Virus record (IMG/VR): IMGVR_UViG_3300045996_001542
Location: 1 to 53,077 of that record
Strand: one strand, 5' to 3'
Length of the DNA stretch: 53,077 nucleotides
Source: a virus
Lineage: Duplodnaviria > Caudoviricetes
Made by a program: the position numbers and the translations under genes. The notes beneath the pieces were generated by a model. It ran no database searches, had not been told where the DNA came from, and saw only the letters and a list, made by a program, of their open reading frames with translations. Shown here in pieces: positions 38,139 to 46,295 of the stretch; within the stretch, counting starts at the first letter, position 1; the number at the start of each line of letters is the position of its first letter.

Positions 38139-38398
38139 TCGGGCCAGCCCTCGCGGACCTTCTCCAGGTGGTCGGGGCCGGCGCGCCAGGGGTGCTCCTC
38201 GCTGAGGGAGCGCAGTGTCGCGCGGCGCTGCTCGCGCCGGGTGTCGGGGTCGACGGCGACCCGCTCGGCGCCTTCGATGATGAGCAGGGTGAGCAGTTGG
38301 GTGGTGGGCTTCTCGCCCCAGCGGGTGCGGGCCAGCTCCAGGGCTTGGTGGACCTCGGGGGTCTCGGTTACCCAGCGGCGGGGCAGCGTGGTCGGCAT
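38135..38398 (-). CDS. vapB: Cognate antitoxin, VapB-like
   Basis: MPTTLPRRWVTETPEVHQALELARTRW; C-terminal LEKVREGWPE; GTGA overlap with vapC. Confidence 0.75.
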   Translation of the reverse strand: MPTTLPRRWVTETPEVHQALELARTRWGEKPTTQLLTLLIIEGAERVAVDPDTRREQRRATLRSLSEEHPWRAGPDHLEKVREGWPE

Positions 38399-38441
38399 GC
38401 CCCAATCCTCCCACAAGGGTGCACCTGGGTGCAACGGGCGA

Positions 38442-38479
38442 GGGCGCCCGCCAGGCTGTGGAAGACCTGGCGGGCGCCC
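38442..38479. terminator. 14-bp hairpin between rusA and vapB
   Basis: GGGCGCCCGCCAGG-10 nt-CCTGGCGGGCGCCC. Confidence 0.6.
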
Positions 38480-38533
38480 CCTGAGGGGATCGACACGCCG
38501 ACGCAAGGGACGCGGAGTGGATCGGGTGAAACG

Positions 38534-38989
38534 CTAGCCGGGACTGGACAGATGGGCGACCCGGATCACGACCCCGGCCGGGTTGTCCTCGTTCGCGTAC
38601 CACTTGCGCGCCCGCAGGCTGACCACGGCCGAGTCGTCGTGCAGGATCCCGGTCTCGTTGCCGATGGTGGACAGCGCGTCCAGGACCGCGCGCACCAGCT
38701 TGTCCAGGTCGCCGGCACTGCGCGTGGTGGGCCACTTGCGGCCCAGGTCGGCGCCGCGCCTGGGCAGGTAGAACGCCACGTCGACCATGACGGGCTGCTC
38801 GGGCAGGTGGTGGAACCCGGTGCGGGCGGCGGTGTTGCGCGACAGCAGGCGGATCGAGTCGCGCCACGGCGCCAGCTTCTTGGGGTGCACGAGCCGGCCG
38901 CCGCCGACGTGGCTCATCGACCCCTGGGTGACCGGCCCGCCGGGCACGTAGAGCGTGATCTCCCTGGCCTCGGTCTTGATCAGGGTCAT
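38534..38989 (-). CDS. rusA: RusA-family Holliday junction resolvase
   Basis: VPGGPVTQGS; GDLDKLVRAVLDAL; DDSAVV....KWY. Confidence 0.92.
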   Translation of the reverse strand: MTLIKTEAREITLYVPGGPVTQGSMSHVGGGRLVHPKKLAPWRDSIRLLSRNTAARTGFHHLPEQPVMVDVAFYLPRRGADLGRKWPTTRSAGDLDKLVRAVLDALSTIGNETGILHDDSAVVSLRARKWYANEDNPAGVVIRVAHLSSPG

Positions 38990-38994
38990 GGGGC

Positions 38995-39120
38995 TCAGCC
39001 CAGGATCAGGGTGAGCACGGTGCCCAGGAACAGGCCGATCGTGATCCAGATGAACATCTTCAAGGCCACCGTCGCGGCGGCATGACCGGCGTGGCTGACG
39101 CGGGCGGCGTGCCGGGTCAT
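38995..39120 (-). CDS. Small membrane peptide (41 aa)
   Basis: MTRHAARVSH...MFIWITIGLFLGTVLTLILG; fills the gap; below the ORF-track cutoff. Confidence 0.55.
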   Translation of the reverse strand: MTRHAARVSHAGHAAATVALKMFIWITIGLFLGTVLTLILG

Positions 39121-39134
39121 GCCCGGCGTGCGGG

Positions 39135-39404
39135 TCATCCCTTACCTCCCTTGTCCGCCGTGACCAGGTCCTCGGCGGCCCCGGCGGTGGTGGCCGGCTC
39201 GGGCTCGACGACGACGTCGGGGCCGGTGGCCGCCCAGATCACGGCCGACCGGGTGACGTAGTGCTGCTCGGTGGGGTCGCTGTCCGGGATGTACAGCACG
39301 CGCTCGGAGCCGTTGCGGTAGGTGTTGACGAACTCCGCCGCGACCTCCTCGTCCAGCCCGGTCGTCTCGATCGAACCGCACGCGGTCATGATGCACAGCT
39401 TCAC
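39135..39404 (-). CDS. Hypothetical protein
   Basis: AAGGAGG RBS; GTGA overlap. Confidence 0.65.
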   Translation of the reverse strand: MKLCIMTACGSIETTGLDEEVAAEFVNTYRNGSERVLYIPDSDPTEQHYVTRSAVIWAATGPDVVVEPEPATTAGAAEDLVTADKGGKG

Positions 39405-39688
39405 GACGCCTCCTTCGAAGGCTCAGCCTCAGGCTGGTTGCCCGCGGAGACCTTCTCCGTGGGCGCCTGAGGCGTGGTTGCGGCCCTGCGGGTGGAACTG
39501 CCCGGCGACCCCTTGGTGGGGCGCTTACGGGAGGTGTTACGTGCCGGCGCCGGGTCCTTCTTCGGCGCGGGGTCCTCGAGCCCGGCGTCCAGGTCCCGGA
39601 ACTTTGCCTGCATCGCGGTCCAGCGCGGCGCCAGCTCGTCCCAGATCGGCGTATCGGCGGCGAGGTCGGGCGCGGGTGTGTTCGTCAT
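39401..39688 (-). CDS. Hypothetical protein
   Basis: ATGA overlap (MTNTPAPDL...). Confidence 0.6.
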   Translation of the reverse strand: MTNTPAPDLAADTPIWDELAPRWTAMQAKFRDLDAGLEDPAPKKDPAPARNTSRKRPTKGSPGSSTRRAATTPQAPTEKVSAGNQPEAEPSKEAS

Positions 39689-40029
39689 GCGGGGTCCCCG
39701 GTGGTGATGGGCGCGGGCGTCACGTTTCCCTCGTCGTCCAGCAGCACCCAGGCCCCGGTGAACGTCATCAGGGGGGTGGTGGGGGCGGCGTCGGCCAGCC
39801 AGGGCGGCACGATGTACCCGGTCAGCTTCGAGACGAGCGGGTTGAGCGTCACGTCGCGGTGGCAGTCGTGGCACAGCAGGACGATGTTGGAGCGGCGGTG
39901 CCCGCCGTCGCGGCGGCGTACCCGGTGGTGCTGTTCCGTGCCGGCCATGCCGCACCGCACGCACCGGTAGTGGTCACGCTCGTTGATCTGGCGGCGCACT
40001 TTCGTGGGGATCTGGGTGTTCTTGCCCAT
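39685..40029 (-). CDS. HNH endonuclease
   Basis: RDHYRCVRCG...HHR...GG...NIVLLCHDCH. Confidence 0.88.
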   Translation of the reverse strand: MGKNTQIPTKVRRQINERDHYRCVRCGMAGTEQHHRVRRRDGGHRRSNIVLLCHDCHRDVTLNPLVSKLTGYIVPPWLADAAPTTPLMTFTGAWVLLDDEGNVTPAPITTGDPA

Positions 40030-40171
40030 GATCGCCTCCGCGCGCCGGTTGTTGCTTCTCGATGAAACGGTGCCCGAAAACCTTCCGGTGCGCCTCCCGA
40101 GACGCGTCCGAGGGCCCGCACCACCCGCCGCACGCGCAGATCCTCAGCCCGGAGTCGGCGTTCTCGTTCAT
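39974..40171 (-). CDS. Small Cys/His protein
   Basis: ATGA overlap; ICACGGWC...H...H; overlaps the HNH start by 56 nt. Confidence 0.45.
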   Translation of the reverse strand: MNENADSGLRICACGGWCGPSDASREAHRKVFGHRFIEKQQPARGGDHGQEHPDPHESAPPDQRA

Positions 40172-40380
40172 GCCCGGCCCCGGCGGCGTCGCGGGCGGCT
40201 GGCACGCGAGGCGCCGATCCGGTCGGGGATGGCCGCGCCGACGGCGGGCGCGCACTGCTGGGTGTGGACCCAGGTCGGTTTCCCGTTGGGGTCGGTCCAT
40301 GCGGTGATCAGCTCGCGACGTCGTATGACGGCGTCGCAGACCGGGCACTGCGTAGGGAACCGTGCGCGGATGGTGGTCAT
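40168..40380 (-). CDS. Small Zn-binding protein
   Basis: ARFPTQCPVC...I...WVH...C. Confidence 0.65.
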   Translation of the reverse strand: MTTIRARFPTQCPVCDAVIRRRELITAWTDPNGKPTWVHTQQCAPAVGAAIPDRIGASRASRPRRRRGRA

Positions 40381-40652
40381 GCCTCGCTCCCCGAGCGGCC
40401 CTGCGCGACGTCGCACATCGCGATGATGTCCTCGGCGAAGGAGCGCATGACCTCCGGGTCGAACGTGGCGTCCAGGTGGTTCGTCCTTCCCGCCCAGAAC
40501 TCCAGGCGCACCGACCCGGGGGCCTGGCGTAGCCCGGCGGGGAAGTTCGGGGTGAACCCGGTCACCCGCATCCTGGTCCCGTTGGCTACACCGGCGACAC
40601 GGACGTCCATCTCGTCCCACACGGCGAACCAGCTGTCGTGGTCGGCCGTCAT
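40377..40652 (-). CDS. Hypothetical protein
   Basis: ATGA overlaps. Confidence 0.6.
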   Translation of the reverse strand: MTADHDSWFAVWDEMDVRVAGVANGTRMRVTGFTPNFPAGLRQAPGSVRLEFWAGRTNHLDATFDPEVMRSFAEDIIAMCDVAQGRSGSEA

Positions 40653-41086
40653 ACCAGGCCCCGCAGGTGCGGCATGTTCTTCGCGGTCCGCTTCGCGTTC
40701 AGGGACGCGATGCCGCTCTTGGTGGCGTCGCGGTGCGCCTCGAACTCCTCACGGTGGGCCTCGACCAGCGCGGCCAGGGCGTGCAGGGTGGCGGTGGCGA
40801 TGTCCCGGCCGCCGTCGCTGATGTACCGGGTGCGGCCGAGCCAGTCCAGGGCGATGTCGGTCGCGTTCGTCTCCCAGCTGCCCTGGGTGTACTTCGCGCG
40901 CTCGGTGCAGTTCTGGCAGTAGTCGTACGCGGCGCGGCGCTGCCCCTGGCGCTTGACCAGCGCGGCGTACGCGTCCGCGGTGCCCATCTTGGCCACATCG
41001 ACGATGAGGCGCCCGCAGTGCGTGTACCGGATCTCCTCCCACGGCGGGACGGCCCGGGGCAGGTGGGCGACGGGCTGGTCAGGCAT
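40649..41086 (-). CDS. Hypothetical protein
   Basis: THCGR...CQNC; operon packing; GGAGG RBS. Confidence 0.65.
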   Translation of the reverse strand: MPDQPVAHLPRAVPPWEEIRYTHCGRLIVDVAKMGTADAYAALVKRQGQRRAAYDYCQNCTERAKYTQGSWETNATDIALDWLGRTRYISDGGRDIATATLHALAALVEAHREEFEAHRDATKSGIASLNAKRTAKNMPHLRGLV

Positions 41087-41261
41087 GCGGGGCCTCCGGG
41101 TCGGGACGGCGGGACTGGACGGCGTTCGGGCGCCCGGCCCGGTAGGCGTCGCAGGGCCACGGCATGACGCAGACCCAGCACACTAGCTCGGTGTCGTTGG
41201 TGCCGTACACGCTCACCGTGATCGGCGCGCACGCGTTCGCCTCGTCCCACCGGTCCGTCAT
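41079..41261 (-). CDS. Small protein with CxxC...WPC motif
   Basis: ATGA overlap; CWVCVMPWPC. Confidence 0.55.
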   Translation of the reverse strand: MTDRWDEANACAPITVSVYGTNDTELVCWVCVMPWPCDAYRAGRPNAVQSRRPDPEAPHA

Positions 41262-41527
41262 GGGCGGTCTCCCGTGGGCTGGTCGGCGATGGGCCGTTCC
41301 CACAACGGCAAGCCGTCCTCGGGGCCGACCTCCTCGGAGAACTCGACCTTGGGCGCGCCCGGGTAGGCGTGCGTGCCGAACATGAACCACCCGGCGGGCG
41401 GTGGCCGGAAGTGGGCGGAGCAGTGGTACTTGCAGCCATCACAGGCGCAGCGGCACGTATTGGGGTCGGTCTCGTGCCCGGGGCATGTGTCCGGGTCGGG
41501 CGGCGGGGGTGCGTAACCGTTACGCAT
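41258..41527 (-). CDS. Cys-rich hypothetical protein starting inside the palindrome (MRNGYAPP...)
   Basis: TGATG overlap with the SLOG gene; CPGH...CRCACDGCKYHC. Confidence 0.6.
   Translation of the reverse strand: MRNGYAPPPPDPDTCPGHETDPNTCRCACDGCKYHCSAHFRPPPAGWFMFGTHAYPGAPKVEFSEEVGPEDGLPLWERPIADQPTGDRP
41510..41526. promoter_or_regulatory. 17-bp palindrome copy 4
   Basis: TGCGTAACCGTTACGCA overlapping a start codon. Confidence 0.9.
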
Positions 41528-41967
41528 CAGAACAACTTTCCCTGGTCGGGGTGGACGGGGTTCACGGGCTGCACGGCCGCGTCGTCCAGCCAGAGCCGGT
41601 CGCCGTCCAGCCGCCACACGATCGTGGGGATCGCTTTCTTGCGCGCCTCGGACAGGCACCCGGACGCTCCGGTGGACTGGTCGCGGATGAACACGACGCA
41701 CACGTCCGCGCCGAGGTAGGCCATGCGCCGGTTGCGGATCGCGCCGGCCAGGTGGCGCCCGTACCGGGCCCAGTCGGCGGGGTGGCGCTCCACGTCCCAC
41801 CCGCGTTTGCGCGCCAGGAGGTCGGCGTAGTGGTCCGCGCCCGTGCGGCACGCGCCGTGCACGACGACGACCTGCCGCGCGGGGGTCTCGCCCACGACCT
41901 GGTCCAGCACCGTGGCGATCGTGGTGGCGTCGACCCAGTCCCGAGACCCCGCGACCAGGAGCCTCAT
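41527..41967 (-). CDS. SLOG-superfamily protein (YspA/DUF2493-like)
   Basis: MRLLVAGSRDW; VVHGACRTGAD; HPADW..YG..AG.IRN..M; STGA. Confidence 0.85.
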   Translation of the reverse strand: MRLLVAGSRDWVDATTIATVLDQVVGETPARQVVVVHGACRTGADHYADLLARKRGWDVERHPADWARYGRHLAGAIRNRRMAYLGADVCVVFIRDQSTGASGCLSEARKKAIPTIVWRLDGDRLWLDDAAVQPVNPVHPDQGKLF

Positions 41968-42911
41968 GAGGGTGAGAACTCCGCCATGCGGCGGATCGCC
42001 CCGAAGTCGATCCCGTCGAGGCTGGGCCCGACGTCCGCCGGGGCACCGACACGGCACTGCGGGCACATCGTCACACCGTTGCCCGGGTGCGGACGGTCAC
42101 CACCTGGCTGCCCGTGCGGGCACTCGGGCATGGTCCCCAGAAGCTCCAGGTCCTCCGCGAGCCGCTGGACACGAAGTTCCCCAGCGCGCTCGTAGGCACG
42201 GCCCGCGAGGGTGCAGCCGCGGCAGTTCTCGCCACCTCCGGACGCGGGGGGGTTGGGCTTGTCCTGATGCCGGGTGCACTGGTTCGGGTAGGCCGGCGCG
42301 GCGAAGCCGCCGCCGTTCGTCGGGTCGATCGCCGTTCGCTCCGTCGCCGTCTCGCGCGTTACGGAAGGTGACGAAGCAGAAGAAGTCTCCACGCGCTGAT
42401 CAGACCTGGCGGCTCCGCCGCCGGTCCTCTTCGTACGACCAGTCTTCGTACGACCAGTATTTGTAGTTCTCTTTCTTTGTAGTGGCTGGCCAACCGGATC
42501 CGGTTCAACCGGATCCGGCTTAACCGGATCCGGATTTCCAGGACGCGGTGGGACCGTGTCCGGATTTCCAGGACGCGGTACCTCGTCCTCGGGCAGGGGC
42601 GCCTCGATGTCGATGGCAGGATCGTCGGTGACGTAGTACTCCAGGCTCTCGAACCTGCCGCCCTTGCGGACCCCGGTCCGCGTCACGTACCCGGCCTCGA
42701 TCAGCTCGTTGAGGGCAGTCGCGATGGCGTCACGCCCCTCGGTACCTTGCTCCGCGAGCTGACGGATGCTGGTCTTCCATCCCGGCGGCAGGCTCAAGAG
42801 GTAGGCCATGAGGCCACGCGCCCGGAACGACAGCGTGCTCTTGCGCAGCGCGCCGTTGGCGATGAGGGCGAAGTTGTCCGCCACACGGGCGGACCTGGTG
42901 ATCGTGGTCAT
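41964..42911 (-). CDS. Winged-HTH replication initiator-like protein
   Basis: NFALIAN..LR...LSFRARGLMAYLLSLP.GW...GRDAIATALNELIEAGY; central repeat-rich linker; C-terminal Cys/His motifs. Confidence 0.75.
   Translation of the reverse strand: MTTITRSARVADNFALIANGALRKSTLSFRARGLMAYLLSLPPGWKTSIRQLAEQGTEGRDAIATALNELIEAGYVTRTGVRKGGRFESLEYYVTDDPAIDIEAPLPEDEVPRPGNPDTVPPRPGNPDPVKPDPVEPDPVGQPLQRKRTTNTGRTKTGRTKRTGGGAARSDQRVETSSASSPSVTRETATERTAIDPTNGGGFAAPAYPNQCTRHQDKPNPPASGGGENCRGCTLAGRAYERAGELRVQRLAEDLELLGTMPECPHGQPGGDRPHPGNGVTMCPQCRVGAPADVGPSLDGIDFGAIRRMAEFSPS
42428..42579. repeat. Iteron-like repeats and AT-rich patch inside the initiator gene (putative origin)
   Basis: TCTTCGTACGACCAG x2; AT-rich 42458-42482; AACCGGATCCGG x3 at 15-bp period; TCCGGATTTCCAGGACGCGGT x2 at 30-bp period. 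Confidence 0.75.
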
Positions 42912-43038
42912 GAAGCCTCTCCGGGTATGGCTCGGAGAGGAGGGTGCGACCAACCACGACCTGCGGCCCCAGGTTGTCCGAATTGCTGCTAACCTGGCCC
43001 CAGACGAGAGGGGGTCGTGATTGGTGCACGCTCCTCTT

Positions 43039-43079
43039 GTAGAGGTCCCGGGTTCTCCGCCCGGGGCCTCTACTCTTTT
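43039..43079 (+). terminator. Hairpin with U-rich tail upstream of the lysis island
   Basis: GTAGAGGTCCCGGG-7 nt-CCCGGGGCCTCTAC-TCTTTT. Confidence 0.6.
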
Positions 43080-43168
43080 GTCTGCAATGCGTCTATCTAC
43101 TGTCTGCTCGCAGGTTACCGGTTCCTCACGTCCGCCGTGACCCGGAGGGTGAAACTCGTTTCCCACCA

Positions 43169-43189
43169 GGTGCGTAACCGTTACGCACC
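43169..43189. promoter_or_regulatory. Palindrome copy 5 (core 43171-43187)
   Basis: GGTGCGTAACCGTTACGCACC in the divergent initiator/lysin gap. Confidence 0.9.
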
Positions 43190-43260
43190 GGGGATCCTGG
43201 AGAAGTAACCCGGGGCCGCACCGGACAGACCACGCTCGCGTGGTCCAAAGGGGCGCCCCC

Positions 43261-44085
43261 GTGGCGAGCAGCAACGGCAAACTCACCAAAGATGAGCGCA
43301 CACCGCTCAAGTCCGCCCCCGGGCAGGAACTCGAAGAGGACGGCGCCGCGTCCTGGGACCGCCTGTGGGACGCGATGGTCTCCACGTACGCGTGGCCCAT
43401 GGTCCTGACCGACTCCTACCGGCCGCTGGAGGTCCAGCAGGAGATCTTCCTCGACCGGTACCGCCCGGCCGCGACCGGGTCCGGGCCGTTCAACGACGTC
43501 CGCAGCTACAACGGCCGCCGGTACGTCCGCGTGACCGGCGCCGCCGCCGCCGTCCCGGGCACCTCGAAGCACGGCTGGGGTCGCGCCGTCGACATCGCCG
43601 GCGTCGGCGACTTCCACAGCGCCCGGTACCGGGCGCTGGTCGAGCTGGCACCCCACTTCGGGTGGTCGAACGCCGCCGGGCGCACCATCGGGGAGTACTG
43701 GCACTGGGAGTTCACCGCGGCGAACGACAAGTCCGCCGACGAGCCGACGCCTCGCCCGCTCGAGGTCACGCGCGACGACATCAAGGCCATGCAGCGCGCC
43801 GTCCACGTGGAGGACGACGGCCGGTGGGGTCCGAACACCGACAAGGCCACGATCAGCGTCCGTGAGGCGTCCCGCTGGGGCAAGGGCCAGTTCCCGTGGG
43901 GCTACGGCACCGTGCAGCGCGCCATGGGCCGCCCCGTGTCCGGCAAGTGGGGCCCGGCGGACATCGAGGCGCACGACGCCACCGTGGCGGCCATCCAGCG
44001 CGTCCTGGGTGTTGCCGACGACGGCGTCTGGGGCGAGCGGACCGAGTCCAAGTTCCAGCGCTTCCGCGCCGCCGCCCGGAAGTAG
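43261..44085 (+). CDS. Endolysin: M15/VanY-like peptidase plus repeated peptidoglycan-binding motifs
   Basis: DSYR...Q; AAVPGTSKHGWGRAVD; EYWHWEF; Q..(V/L).V.DDG.WG..T repeats. Start could be 43240. Confidence 0.88.
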   Translation: MASSNGKLTKDERTPLKSAPGQELEEDGAASWDRLWDAMVSTYAWPMVLTDSYRPLEVQQEIFLDRYRPAATGSGPFNDVRSYNGRRYVRVTGAAAAVPGTSKHGWGRAVDIAGVGDFHSARYRALVELAPHFGWSNAAGRTIGEYWHWEFTAANDKSADEPTPRPLEVTRDDIKAMQRAVHVEDDGRWGPNTDKATISVREASRWGKGQFPWGYGTVQRAMGRPVSGKWGPADIEAHDATVAAIQRVLGVADDGVWGERTESKFQRFRAAARK

Positions 44086-44092
44086 AGGGACC

Positions 44093-44323
44093 ATGACCGA
44101 GGACACCGGTTCCGAGATCCTGCGCTACTTCGAGTACGCCCACCTGCCGCCCGGGATCATGATGGACACGTCCCGGGCGTTCCACGCCCAGGCGCAGCGC
44201 ATCGTCACGACCCTGCCCAGCTCCGTGGAGCGGTCCGCGGCACTGCGCCACCTCCTGGAGAGCAAGGATGCGGCCGTGCGCGCCGCGATGGACCTGACCG
44301 CAGAGGACCACTACACGCCGTGA
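44093..44323 (+). CDS. Small helical-hairpin protein
   Basis: ILRYFEYAHLP...LPSSVERSAALRHLLESKDAAVRA; AGAGGGA RBS. Confidence 0.8.
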   Translation: MTEDTGSEILRYFEYAHLPPGIMMDTSRAFHAQAQRIVTTLPSSVERSAALRHLLESKDAAVRAAMDLTAEDHYTP

Positions 44324-44336
44324 GCAAGGAGTTCAG

Positions 44337-44531
44337 GTGACGACCGTGCGGGTGAGCAGCGACGTGCTGCGGACCGTGGCCGCTTTCCTCGTGCTGGCCG
44401 TCGGCCTCTACCGGATCGTCATCGATGGCCTCACCCCGGACAGCCTGGCCCTCCTGACCCCGGCCCTGGCTCTGCTGGCCGTGGACACCCACAAGCCCAG
44501 CAAGCCGTCGAGCAAGACCGAGGAGACCTGA
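44337..44531 (+). CDS. Putative holin (2 TM)
   Basis: AAGGAG RBS; two hydrophobic segments with a charged tail; near the endolysin. Confidence 0.55.
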   Translation: MTTVRVSSDVLRTVAAFLVLAVGLYRIVIDGLTPDSLALLTPALALLAVDTHKPSKPSSKTEET

Positions 44532-44792
44532 ATGGCTCTCAGCACCCGCACCCGCCGATGGATCGTGGCCCTGGCCATCCCACTTGGGGTGGTCCTGCTC
44601 TGGATCGGGTACGTCCAGGACCAGAAGCGCGACAACTACTACGACTGCCGCCAGTCCGCCATGGACACCCTGCACACCAGCTTGTCGCTGCACCTGGACC
44701 AGGGCCCGGAGGACCCCAAGATCTGGGTACCGGAGTGGGTCGAGGACTTCCACGACTGGCACACCATGCTGGCCATGTGCGAGAAGCCGTAG
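44532..44792 (+). CDS. Membrane-anchored protein (1 TM)
   Basis: WIVALAIPLGVVLLWIGY; GAGGAG RBS. Confidence 0.6.
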   Translation: MALSTRTRRWIVALAIPLGVVLLWIGYVQDQKRDNYYDCRQSAMDTLHTSLSLHLDQGPEDPKIWVPEWVEDFHDWHTMLAMCEKP

Positions 44793-44836
44793 CCGCCCAT
44801 AACGGGCGTCCGGCCGCTGGGTGAAGTACCGTCCCG

Positions 44837-45322
44837 GTGGTGGAGTACACCCCTGACATGCCGGAGCACGTCCCGCCCTCGGACGACGTACGAGCCGCCG
44901 ACTTCCGCGCGAAGACCGCCCGCCGCATCCGCCGCGCGAAGTGGAAGCACCTCGCCTTCTGGTACATCGTGGCCGCCGGCGGCATCTGGTCCGGGTACCA
45001 GGTCACGGCGCTTGAGCTGTACTGGATGTACCCGTGGCTCACCGGCGTCTGGATCGCCGTGATCCTGATCTCGCAGACCGTCCACGCCGACCAGGTCTAC
45101 CGCATGGGCTACACGGCTGGCGTGACGATGGGGATGGTCGCGTCCCGCGAGATCTCCGCGCACGTCAGGTGGCATGCCGAGCGCGGCGAGGAGGCCTGCG
45201 ACGGGATCGGGGTCCGGGCCGTCGTCCCCCACATGTGGGAGCACCCGATCGTGCTCGAAGAGATCGGCCGCCAGCTGCCGGGCGTGTTCGACGACGACGA
45301 CGACGAAGAGCCCCGGTCATGA
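44837..45322 (+). CDS. Membrane protein (2 TM)
   Basis: Hydrophobic segments. Start uncertain (44837, 44840 or 44858). Confidence 0.6.
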   Translation: MVEYTPDMPEHVPPSDDVRAADFRAKTARRIRRAKWKHLAFWYIVAAGGIWSGYQVTALELYWMYPWLTGVWIAVILISQTVHADQVYRMGYTAGVTMGMVASREISAHVRWHAERGEEACDGIGVRAVVPHMWEHPIVLEEIGRQLPGVFDDDDDEEPRS

Positions 45323-45558
45323 ACGACCCCCTCGGGGCGCACCGGCGCAGGCCCACCCTCGCCGTCCGCCTGGCCCGCATCGCGCTGGGCGCCGCGTTCG
45401 CGACCGTGCAGATGTGGGCGGGGCTGGTCCTGGGCGACTCGCCGTTGGGCTGGGCGCTGATCATCATGGCGGGCTGGAACGCCGGCCTGGTCCTCGTCGG
45501 CCTCATCAGCCTGCGCGAGGCCTCATCGCCCAAGTGGGGAGAGGGGACGCCCCGATGA
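45319..45558 (+). CDS. Membrane protein (2 TM)
   Basis: ATGA overlaps; hydrophobic segments. Confidence 0.6.
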   Translation: MNDPLGAHRRRPTLAVRLARIALGAAFATVQMWAGLVLGDSPLGWALIIMAGWNAGLVLVGLISLREASSPKWGEGTPR

Positions 45559-45794
45559 CGGACGTGAACGACGACCCGGTCGCACCGGAACACGTCCGGC
45601 TCGTCGACATCCACGGGGTGGAGGTGGAGGCTACCCGCGTCGTCTACCTCGGGCCTGACGTCGAGGATGACCTGCACGTCTTCGAGGCCTGGTTCCCCCT
45701 GGACACCGAGCTGCCGCCCGATGGCACGCCACCTCCGGTCATGATCGGGAGGATGCCCGGCCGGACGTCGCTCGTCCTGCGCTTCCACTCGTGA
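45555..45794 (+). CDS. Hypothetical protein
   Basis: ATGA overlap (MTDVNDD...); GAGGGG RBS. Confidence 0.6.
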   Translation: MTDVNDDPVAPEHVRLVDIHGVEVEATRVVYLGPDVEDDLHVFEAWFPLDTELPPDGTPPPVMIGRMPGRTSLVLRFHS

Positions 45795-45810
45795 ACCTTC
45801 CGTCCGATCT

Positions 45811-46050
45811 GTGACAATTGGGCCCATGGCAACAATTTGCAGCCACGTCGACACGATGACGAAGTTCGGCGGGAGCATCATCTGTACCGCCTGCCGCCTG
45901 GTGGTCGGGTACGTCGGGCAGCCGCCCGAACCCCCCCGGACCCAGGACATACCCACCGACCCGGCCGAGCTGGAGGCGTGGAAGGAGCAGTTCACCACCG
46001 ACCTGCTGCGCCACCCCGGCGGGGTAGACGCCCCATGGAAGAGCGTATGA
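45811..46050 (+). CDS. Small Zn-ribbon protein
   Basis: CSH...CTAC. Start may be ATG 45826. Confidence 0.55.
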   Translation: MTIGPMATICSHVDTMTKFGGSIICTACRLVVGYVGQPPEPPRTQDIPTDPAELEAWKEQFTTDLLRHPGGVDAPWKSV

Positions 46051-46295
46051 AGTTCGACTCGCCCAGCGCCTTCTCCGTCGCCCTGTCCGGGCACCTGAGC
46101 GACTACATGAACGAGCACGGTCTCGACGTGGACCAGGTCGCCGCGCAGCTGCACGACCCGCCCCGCCCCGCGAGCTGGGTGCGCGACTGCATGACCGGGG
46201 TCCTGTCGCCGGACACCGACCTGCTGAACGTCGTGGCGCGGCTGAGCGGTACCGACGTGCGCAGCCTCGTGGTGACCCTGATGTCCCGAATGTAG
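46047..46295 (+). CDS. XRE-like HTH protein (putative)
   Basis: LSDYMNEHGLDVDQVAAQL...WVRDCMTG..SP..DLLNVVARLSG. Confidence 0.55.
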   Translation: MKFDSPSAFSVALSGHLSDYMNEHGLDVDQVAAQLHDPPRPASWVRDCMTGVLSPDTDLLNVVARLSGTDVRSLVVTLMSRM

